From assembly GCA_045599825.1 (NCBI GenBank), contig JAZRWR010000113.1, positions 3,938 to 67,937 of the forward strand: a stretch of DNA of 64,000 nt, given 5' to 3'. This DNA comes from Bianqueaceae bacterium (GTDB lineage: Bacteria; Bacillota; Clostridia; Lachnospirales; Bianqueaceae). The notes below the pieces were generated by a model that was not told the origin of the DNA, did no database searches, and saw only the letters and a list, made by a program, of their open reading frames with translations. Numbering within the stretch: position 1 is the first letter of the stretch; the number at the start of each line of letters is the position of its first letter. This document shows positions 20,686-27,603 of this stretch, piece after piece. The translations under genes were made by a program, and so were the position numbers.

Positions 20686-22286
20686 GCGAAAACTATTCAG
20701 CTGACAGCAAGAAAAGTCCCGACAACCGCGTAGACCTGTTCGCCTTCTGGCGCCGCTTCCGTCCCTTCCTGGTCCGCTTCTGGTACCTTCCGCTGCTTCT
20801 GGCCCTGGTCGGCGCGCTCTTCATGGCCCTGCGCGCCCGCCGCAGCTTCGTCCCGAGATACCGCAGTGAAGCTATTTTCTCCGTTGCGGTCACCGATACC
20901 GACAGCCTGGACGTCTCTACCTACAGCTACTATTACGACAGTGCCGCCGCCAAGCAGGCAACGGCCACCTTCCCCTACATCCTCTCCAGCGACATCATGC
21001 AGGAGCTTCTGAAGGACCGTCTGAATGTGCCCTATCTGAACGGCAGCGTGCAGGCGAAGAGCATCGCCGATACGAACTTTATCGAGCTTTCGGTGACCTC
21101 GACGAACCCGGACGACGCCTACAGCATCCTGCAGGCCGTCATGGAGGTCTATCCGCAGGTCAGCCGCAAGGTCGTCGGCGAAACGCGCTTTACTGTCACG
21201 CAGCCTGCGCATAAATCGACGACGCCCTACAACAGCCTGAGCTGGAAGCGTCCGGCCGTTCTGGGTGCCTTTGCCGGCTTCGTGCTGGGTGTCGGCATTC
21301 TGCTGATTATGACGCTTCTGCGCCGCACAATCCTTTCGGAGGACGACGTCAAGCGCACCTCCAACCTGAACTGCCTCGGCCGCATTACCAACGACACCGA
21401 GAAAAAGCGTACCGAAACCGACGGCGAGGCAGGCATCCTGGTCACGCGTCTGCACACCGACTCGGCCTTCAGCGAATCCCTGCGCGGCTTCCGTCTGAAG
21501 ATCACCCGTGACCTCGGCCCCAAGGAAAAGATCATCATGTTTACCAGCTCCCTGCCCTCCGAGGGCAAGAGCTCTCTGGCGGCCAACACGGCCCTGCTTC
21601 TGGCCGGACACGGCAAGAAGGTGCTGGTGGTCGACGCCGACCTTCGCGGCCCCTCCATCAAGAGCATTCTGGGCATTACGGAGCCTTCCGCCGGCCTCGG
21701 CGAATGGCTGTCCGGCAAGTCCGAGGGGCTGAACTTCCTGCGCTACAAGGAAACCAGTCTGTATGTCATGGGCTCGGGCGAGGCCATCCCCGACCCCACG
21801 CCTATCCTGGTTCATGCCAACATCAACAACCTTTTCCAGCTGCTCCGGACGATGTTCGACTACGTCGTGGTCGACACGCCTCCCTGCACGCTGATGAGCG
21901 ACGCCGCGGCTTTCTGCCCTCTGGTGGACCGCGTCGTCTATGTCATCCGTGAGGATTATGCCTCTGTCTCCCAGGTCTCGGACGGTATCGAGAACCTGTC
22001 CGAGCACGGCGCCAAGCTGGCCGGCTTCGTGCTGAACCGCTGCGGCATCGGCGAGGCCTCCTCGTACTACTACGGCAAGTACGGCTACGGCAAGTACGGC
22101 TACGGCAAGTACGGCTACGGTAAATACGGCTACAGCAAGTACAGCTACGGCAAATACGGCTACGGCCGCTACAGCTACGGCAAGTACGGCTATGCCGGCT
22201 ACGGTTACGGCTACGGAACGTCCGAAGCCGATGAAGCCGAAGAAAACAACGAAAAACAGGAGGAAGCGCCGGATAGCGAGTCCTGA
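20682..22286 (+). CDS. Fused Wzz (PCP) modulator / BY-family protein-tyrosine autokinase with an extended Tyr-Gly-Lys tail, paralog 2
   Basis: ATGA start/stop overlap with paralog 1. Two TM helices. Walker A SLPSEGKSS, Walker A' VLVVDADLRGP and Walker B YVVVDTPP are present. Tail is YYYGKYGYGKYGYGKYGYGKYGYSKYSYGKYGYGRYSYGKYGYAGYGYGYG followed by an acidic end. Confidence 0.85.
   Translation: MSENYSADSKKSPDNRVDLFAFWRRFRPFLVRFWYLPLLLALVGALFMALRARRSFVPRYRSEAIFSVAVTDTDSLDVSTYSYYYDSAAAKQATATFPYILSSDIMQELLKDRLNVPYLNGSVQAKSIADTNFIELSVTSTNPDDAYSILQAVMEVYPQVSRKVVGETRFTVTQPAHKSTTPYNSLSWKRPAVLGAFAGFVLGVGILLIMTLLRRTILSEDDVKRTSNLNCLGRITNDTEKKRTETDGEAGILVTRLHTDSAFSESLRGFRLKITRDLGPKEKIIMFTSSLPSEGKSSLAANTALLLAGHGKKVLVVDADLRGPSIKSILGITEPSAGLGEWLSGKSEGLNFLRYKETSLYVMGSGEAIPDPTPILVHANINNLFQLLRTMFDYVVVDTPPCTLMSDAAAFCPLVDRVVYVIREDYASVSQVSDGIENLSEHGAKLAGFVLNRCGIGEASSYYYGKYGYGKYGYGKYGYGKYGYSKYSYGKYGYGRYSYGKYGYAGYGYGYGTSEADEAEENNEKQEEAPDSES
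22065..22217 (+). repeat. In-frame tandem 15-nt repeat (TACGGCAAGTACGGC-like) encoding the Tyr cluster of kinase 2
   Basis: About 10 near-identical units are visible at 22065-22217. Confidence 0.9.
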
Positions 22287-22313
22287 CGCTTCCTGACAGA
22301 AAGGAGGGCACCC

Positions 22314-23993
22314 GTGAAGAAAAAGCTCAGTGACATCAAGGAGCTGTGGCAGGAGATTGTCTGGATCTACCGCTACGGAAAGAATTACACGGGCGCCATT
22401 CTGCTTTATGTTCTGCTGGGGCTTCTGGCCACGGCAGTGGGCCTTTTCAGCTCGGTCGTCTCCAAGTACCTGATCGACGCGGTCACGTCCGGAGATGTTT
22501 CCCGCATCAGCCTGATCATTGCGCTCTATGTGGGCTTCGGTGTGACGCGTATCCTGCTCGGGGCGCTGACGAAGCGCTTCCGCGCGCATACCGGCGTGAG
22601 GGCCACCAACGAAATCCGCGAGGACCTTTTCGGCCGTTTCCTGGCCATCGACTGGCAGGCATCCCTGGACTACCATTCCGGAGACCTTTTAAGCCGCATC
22701 AACAGCGATGTCGCCACCGTGGCCGACAGCATCCTCGGCCTGATTCCGAGCCTGATCACCGCGGGCCTGCAGTTTGCGGGCGCCCTTTTGGTGATTCTGA
22801 TCTACGATCCGATGATGGCGCTGTGGGCACTGATTTCAGCCCCTGTCACGGTCCTGTTCTCGCGTCTTTTTCTGACGAAGATGCGCGCCCTCGGCCAGAA
22901 GGTCCGGGAGCGGCAGGCGGATCTGACCGGCTTTTACGAGGAAGCCCTGCAGAATCTGCAGGCTATCAAGGCCTTTCATCTGAACGGCACCATGGAGGAG
23001 CGTCTGGCCGGGCTGCAGCAGCTGTACAAGGATGTCTATCTGGAGAGCGCTGATTTCTCCGTCTGGATGGGCGTTGTCATGTCCGTGCTCGGCTTTGCGA
23101 CCTCGGGCCTCTGCTTTGCCTGGGGCGCGTTCCGCCTGTGGACAGGCTATATTTCCTTTGGCACGATGGTGCTTTTCATCCAGATGGCAGGCACGGTAAC
23201 GAGCGCCTTCAGCTCTTTGGTTTCGATCGTCCCAGGCGCCGTGAGCGCCGCGGTTTCGGCCGGCCGTCTGATGAAAATTCTGGAGCTTCCCGCCGAAAAT
23301 TCCGAGACGGACGAGGAGACAGAGGCCTTTATCGAAAAAGCGTTTACGGCCGGTGCGGGCCTGGTGCTGGAGAACGTCTCTTTTGCGTACCGCGAGGGCA
23401 TTCCGGTGCTGGAGCAGCTGAATCTGACGGCTGAAAACGGTCAGATCATCGGTATTATCGCGGAAAGCGGCGGCGGCAAGACGACACTGATCCGCCTGCT
23501 TCTGGGGCTGGTAAGCCCTGACGGAGGAGAGGCCTTCGTGCTTCTTTCCGACGGGACGAGGAAGCCGCTCAGCCCTGCGCTGCGTCCGCTTTTCTCCTAC
23601 GTGGCCCAGGAAAAGGTCGTCTTTTCCGGCACGGTGGCAGAGAGCCTGCGGCTGGGAAATCCCGCAGCAGGCGATGAAGCTCTGTGGGACGCGCTGGAAC
23701 GAGCCTGCGCTGCCGATTTCGTACGCGCGCTGCCCGAGGGCATCGATACGAAGCTGGGCGAGCGCGGTGCGGGTCTGAGTGAGGGACAGATCCAGCGTTT
23801 GGCCATCGCCCGGGCCATCCTGAGTCCCGCGCCCCTGCTCCTTCTGGACGAGGCTACCTCGGCCCTTGATTTTGAGACCGAAAAAAAGGTGATCCACGGT
23901 CTGCTGGCCGGCGAGGAGCGCCGACGCACGGTCATCGCAACAACGCACCGCCCGACGGTGCTCGAATACTGCGATGCCGTCATTCAATTATAA
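22314..23993 (+). CDS. ABC exporter, fused permease/ATPase (type I exporter, 559 aa)
   Basis: Six-TM N-terminal domain. P-loop AESGGGKTT, signature LSEGQIQRLAIARA and Walker B LLLLDEATSALD are present. GTG start follows AAAGGAGG. Confidence 0.85.
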   Translation: MKKKLSDIKELWQEIVWIYRYGKNYTGAILLYVLLGLLATAVGLFSSVVSKYLIDAVTSGDVSRISLIIALYVGFGVTRILLGALTKRFRAHTGVRATNEIREDLFGRFLAIDWQASLDYHSGDLLSRINSDVATVADSILGLIPSLITAGLQFAGALLVILIYDPMMALWALISAPVTVLFSRLFLTKMRALGQKVRERQADLTGFYEEALQNLQAIKAFHLNGTMEERLAGLQQLYKDVYLESADFSVWMGVVMSVLGFATSGLCFAWGAFRLWTGYISFGTMVLFIQMAGTVTSAFSSLVSIVPGAVSAAVSAGRLMKILELPAENSETDEETEAFIEKAFTAGAGLVLENVSFAYREGIPVLEQLNLTAENGQIIGIIAESGGGKTTLIRLLLGLVSPDGGEAFVLLSDGTRKPLSPALRPLFSYVAQEKVVFSGTVAESLRLGNPAAGDEALWDALERACAADFVRALPEGIDTKLGERGAGLSEGQIQRLAIARAILSPAPLLLLDEATSALDFETEKKVIHGLLAGEERRRTVIATTHRPTVLEYCDAVIQL

Positions 23994-24459
23994 TATGATG
24001 ATGCACGAAGTATCTGCCGCGGCTGAAGTGCTGCCGCGTATGAAAAAGGCGCTGTCGGAGTTCGGCCTGTGCCGCCTGGTCGTCACCGGAGGCAGCATGC
24101 TGCCCTTCCTGCACTCCAGGCGCGACGCGGTCCTGCTGGAGCCCTTTGACGGTACGGCAAGAGTCGGCGACATCCTGTTCTATCAGCGCAGCGAAAATTT
24201 CTGCGTGCTGCACCGGGTGCATCGCATGGGCCGGGACGGCCTTATGTACTGCACCGGCGATATGCAAAGTCAGCTGGAGCCTGTGCGGCCTGAGCAGGTG
24301 ATCGCACGCGTGCAGGCTGTCGAGGTCAAGGGCAGACGCACGCCCGTAACGGCCTTTTCCTACCGCCTGCGAAGCGCGCTGTGGTATCCCACCCGGCCGA
24401 TTCGGCCGCTGATGGCGCGCGTCTATCTGTCCCTTCGGCAAAAAAACGTTAACAAGTAA
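23974..24459 (+). CDS. S26 (SipW/ER-type or SodX-like) signal-peptidase-family protease, apparently soluble
   Basis: GGSMLPFL matches the G.SM.P catalytic Ser block. GDILFY and VLHRVHR match the S26B GDI...HRV His block. No N-terminal TM helix is visible. The start overlaps the ABC gene end by 20 nt. Confidence 0.6.
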   Translation: MPSFNYNMMMHEVSAAAEVLPRMKKALSEFGLCRLVVTGGSMLPFLHSRRDAVLLEPFDGTARVGDILFYQRSENFCVLHRVHRMGRDGLMYCTGDMQSQLEPVRPEQVIARVQAVEVKGRRTPVTAFSYRLRSALWYPTRPIRPLMARVYLSLRQKNVNK

Positions 24460-24470
24460 GAGGAAGCAGC

Positions 24471-25187
24471 ATGAAAAAAGAAACGAGTCCGCTTTTTAAA
24501 GTCCTGCACGGGGTTTTTTTACTGCTCGTTGCGGTAGTGGCGGGTCTCGCGGTGCTTCGTGCCTGCCAGCTTGGCTGGTTTGAGAGAAAACAGCCCGCTG
24601 AAAGCGATATCGCTTCCGAAAGCGAGGAGAGCAAGGCTTTGCTGGAGCTGGACGGCAAGTTCAGGCTCATCAGCGTGATGACGCTCTCCGGCTCCTTCTA
24701 CGAGGACGCAAGCAACGACCCGGTCGAAAAGGTGCTGACTGTTCTGCTGCAATACAGCGGCGAAAAGGCCGTCCGCTCGGCTGAGCTCGTGCTGAACGGC
24801 TGCTATCATTTTGTGCTGAGTGCGGTGCTGCCCGGCGACTCGATTTATGTGCTTGAGCAGAACCGAAGCGTTTATCCGCAGGGAATGACCATTGCCTCGG
24901 CAGAGCTTTGCTCCGTGGAATACTATGAGGAGCTGCCCGGCCTGATGGAGGAGCAGCTTTCGATTCTCGTGAACGGTAAGAGCCTGACGGTGCAGAACCG
25001 AAGCGACAGTGAGATGTTTCCCGGCGGCACGCTGGTGTATAAAAATGAATACGAGGGCTGTCTGCTGGGCGGAATCAGCTACACGCTGGAGCTCCCGCCG
25101 CTCATCCCGGGCCAGAGCGCAGAGCTTACGGCGGAGCGCTGCCGCGGCAGCGGCTCGCGGCTGATGTTCATTTTGCCCGCCGACTGA
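24471..25187 (+). CDS. Hypothetical N-terminally membrane-anchored protein (238 aa)
   Basis: One TM helix (VFLLLVAVVAGLAVL) followed by a beta-rich ectodomain. No family recognised. Confidence 0.45.
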   Translation: MKKETSPLFKVLHGVFLLLVAVVAGLAVLRACQLGWFERKQPAESDIASESEESKALLELDGKFRLISVMTLSGSFYEDASNDPVEKVLTVLLQYSGEKAVRSAELVLNGCYHFVLSAVLPGDSIYVLEQNRSVYPQGMTIASAELCSVEYYEELPGLMEEQLSILVNGKSLTVQNRSDSEMFPGGTLVYKNEYEGCLLGGISYTLELPPLIPGQSAELTAERCRGSGSRLMFILPAD

Positions 25188-25199
25188 GAAACTTGTCCC

Positions 25200-25228
25200 T
25201 TGTGAAAATCACGCAAAACCTGTATAAT
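25200..25228 (+). promoter_or_regulatory. Putative internal sigma-70-type promoter upstream of the radical SAM gene
   Basis: TTGTGA (25200-25205), a 17-nt spacer, then TATAAT (25223-25228), 25 nt before ATG 25254. Confidence 0.5.
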
Positions 25229-25253
25229 ATATTCCAAGACCGAGGACGCGACT

Positions 25254-26396
25254 ATGCTTGACAACCGACCCGCCGGATATGTGCCCCGTTCGGAGCCCAT
25301 GATTTCCAGCCATCTGAACGCGCTGGGCATTCGCAAGGGCCTGCCTGTTTCCGGAAACTTTGAGCTGACTGCCCGCTGCAATTTCGACTGCCGCATGTGC
25401 TATGTGCACCAGAACGGCGATCTGCGCCGGCGGGAGCTCTCCGCCGATACCTGGCTGGGTCTCGCATCCGACGCGCGCGACCTGGGGATGATGTTCCTGC
25501 TGCTGACCGGCGGCGAGCCCTTCATCCGTGAGGACTTTCCTTATATCTATGAGGAGCTCGTCAGGATGGGGCTGGTCGTCTCCGTCAACACCAACGCCTC
25601 TCTTTACAGCGAAGAGCTGCGCGAGCTGTTTCTGAAATATCCGCCTTCACGCCTGAACGTCACGCTGTACGGTGCGTCCGAGGAGACCTACCGCGCGCTC
25701 TGCCGCAGCGCTTCGTACGAAAAGGTCGTCTCCAATCTTCGTTCGATGAAGGCCGACGGCCTGCAGGTGCGTCTAAACGTGTCTCTCACGCCCTGGAACG
25801 TGGCCGACATGGAGGGCATCCATCAGATCGCCGCCGATATCGGTCTGAACGCCAAGGGTTCGGCCTATATGTATCCCCCGGTGCGCCTCACGGAAAGCTA
25901 CGGCGAAAACGCGGCGCGCTTCAGCCCGGAGGAGGCCGGCCGTGTTTTCGCGGCCTGGAACCGCCTGAACGAAGGCGATGAGCGCTTCCTCGCGAAGGCA
26001 GAGGCAATGGGACGCTGGGACAACTGTGAGGAGATTCTGGCGGACAGCCCCGAAAACGGCGTCCGCTGCCGCGCCGGCCGCAGCAGCTTCTGGCTGACCT
26101 GGGAGGGCAAAATGCTTCCCTGCGGCACCATGGATATCGAGACCTCCGACGCTTTGAGCCTGGGCTTTGCCAAGGCCTGGGAGGAGGTGCGTGCGCGGAC
26201 GGCAGCCATTCGCCTGCCCGCCGAGTGCGCATCCTGCAGTCACCGTCAGAACTGCAGTCTGTGCGCGTCCATCTGTCGCTGCGAAAGCGGAGGCTTTGAC
26301 AAACGGCCCGAATATCTTTGCAAAATGGAGAAAAGCCGCTATGAGGAAACTCAGAAGCTGGCCCAACTGATTAAGGAGGAGAACCATGCAGATTAA
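25254..26396 (+). CDS. Radical SAM enzyme with a C-terminal SPASM domain
   Basis: CNFDCRMC (CX3CX2C) cluster and GGEPF are present. C-terminal Cys-rich region is CRAGRSSF...LPCG...CASCSHRQNCSLCASICRC. Confidence 0.85.
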   Translation: MLDNRPAGYVPRSEPMISSHLNALGIRKGLPVSGNFELTARCNFDCRMCYVHQNGDLRRRELSADTWLGLASDARDLGMMFLLLTGGEPFIREDFPYIYEELVRMGLVVSVNTNASLYSEELRELFLKYPPSRLNVTLYGASEETYRALCRSASYEKVVSNLRSMKADGLQVRLNVSLTPWNVADMEGIHQIAADIGLNAKGSAYMYPPVRLTESYGENAARFSPEEAGRVFAAWNRLNEGDERFLAKAEAMGRWDNCEEILADSPENGVRCRAGRSSFWLTWEGKMLPCGTMDIETSDALSLGFAKAWEEVRARTAAIRLPAECASCSHRQNCSLCASICRCESGGFDKRPEYLCKMEKSRYEETQKLAQLIKEENHAD

Positions 26397-26649
26397 AGGT
26401 GAATTTATCAAACGAGACATTGCGGGAGAAAGCTTTCTGGTGCCTGTCGGCGAAAGCCAGCACCGCTTCCCCGGACTGATTGCCTTGAACGAAGTGGCTT
26501 CCTTTGTCTGGGACCGGCTTCCTTCCTGTGAGACGGAGGCGCAGATCGTTGACGCCCTTCTGGACGAGTACGAGGTCGAGCGCTGGGAAGCGGAAGCCGA
26601 CGTGGCGGAGCTCATCGCCAAAATGACGGAAATGGGCCTGATTGAATAA
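26386..26649 (+). CDS. PqqD-family protein (RiPP recognition element-like), 87 aa
   Basis: Pattern present: FLVPVG...LIALNEVASFVWDRL....TEAQIVDALLDEYEV....AEADVAELIAKMTEMGLI. The start overlaps the rSAM stop by 11 nt. Confidence 0.75.
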   Translation: MQIKGEFIKRDIAGESFLVPVGESQHRFPGLIALNEVASFVWDRLPSCETEAQIVDALLDEYEVERWEAEADVAELIAKMTEMGLIE

Positions 26650-26661
26650 AGAATATGCACG

Positions 26662-26694
26662 AGGCCGGGGAGCTTTCCTCGGCCTTTATTGTTT
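26662..26694 (+). terminator. Rho-independent terminator after the rSAM-PqqD pair
   Basis: AGGCCGGGGA (26662-26671) pairs with TCCTCGGCCT (26676-85) with one G-U pair, followed by TTTATTGTTT. Confidence 0.6.
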
Positions 26695-26754
26695 GATGAG
26701 GCCGGGCACAGCGCCGGAGAAAGTTCATTTTTGGAATATTTTTATTCGTTTTTG

Positions 26755-26783
26755 TTGACTGAGAGCTGAAACTGAGATATACT
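26755..26783 (+). promoter_or_regulatory. Putative sigma-70-type promoter for the Lgt-like/vWA unit
   Basis: TTGACT (26755-26760), a 17-nt spacer, then TATACT (26778-26783). Confidence 0.5.
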
Positions 26784-26867
26784 GTATTGGTTATTGTCAG
26801 GCAGGAGGCACCGATATCATGAATACGCTGCCGGCTGTCTGTTAGTTCTCTCTTTTTTCTAAAAGCT

Positions 26868-27509
26868 ATGAGTTTATTGATTTATTTAGGCCTCGGGGCC
26901 GCCATGATGTATCTGGTCATGTTTTTTCTGCAGGACCGGTACAAGATCAAGCCAGGAAAGCTTCTCATGTTTGATCTCCTGCTTACCGTCTGCGGTGTCG
27001 CCGGTGTCAAGCTGATGTATTTTGTTGAAAACGGAAGTTTCGCGGGGCTTTCCTTCTTCGGAGCAGTGCTGATTACGCCGCTTCTTCTGATTCCCGTTGC
27101 GCTTCTTCTGAAGGAACGTGTTCCCGCCGTCCTGGATCTTTCCGCCCCGGCCATCTGCGCTATGCTTGGCGTCATGAAGATTCAGTGTGTGGTAGAAGGC
27201 TGCTGCCGGGGCCGCATGATGGACCTCTTCGGTCTGCTTTTGCCGTTCCGCTTTCCCAGTCAGTTGGTTGAGCTCGCGAATGCCTGCGTGCTGGTTGTGG
27301 TTTTGGTGTGTCTGGCGCGCAAAAAGGCCAATTACGGCCATATTTATCCGCTGTTTCTGGTTCTCTACGGAATCACGCGCTTTGTCTGGAACCTTTTCCG
27401 TGAGGCAGAGCCTTTCATCGGGCCTTTGCCTATCGGTAATTTCTGGTCTTTGATTTCTCTGATTATCGGCCTTATCTGGCTTTTCGCCCTGAAAAAGAAG
27501 AAGGCGTGA
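26868..27509 (+). CDS. Prolipoprotein diacylglyceryl transferase (Lgt) family paralog, short form (213 aa)
   Basis: Multi-TM protein. KIQCVVEGCCRGR resembles the RIGCFL.GCC.G block of short Lgt-family proteins. FPSQLVE resembles the Lgt P(T/S)QLYE motif. YGITRFVWNLFRE resembles Y...RF..EF.R. Confidence 0.5.
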   Translation: MSLLIYLGLGAAMMYLVMFFLQDRYKIKPGKLLMFDLLLTVCGVAGVKLMYFVENGSFAGLSFFGAVLITPLLLIPVALLLKERVPAVLDLSAPAICAMLGVMKIQCVVEGCCRGRMMDLFGLLLPFRFPSQLVELANACVLVVVLVCLARKKANYGHIYPLFLVLYGITRFVWNLFREAEPFIGPLPIGNFWSLISLIIGLIWLFALKKKKA

Positions 27510-27603
27510 TTTTTTGCATTTCGGTTTGTATGCACTAACGAATGTGCATGTTCTAACTGATATTAGTACTTTGGTAAAATACACTGTTGAAAGGTAGTAA
27601 GTT

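Noticed and set aside
20554-22217. Regularly spaced short repeats that could superficially suggest a CRISPR-like or minisatellite array.
   Set aside because: The units are 9-15 nt, contiguous with no spacers, in frame, and encode the Tyr-Gly-Lys tails of the BY-kinases. They are coding tandem repeats, not CRISPR.
27530-27549. ATGCAC-N8-GTGCAT palindrome considered as a stand-alone regulatory finding.
   Set aside because: The arms are only 6 bp and such a match is expected by chance in an AT-rich spacer. It is mentioned only within the Lgt-like/vWA finding.
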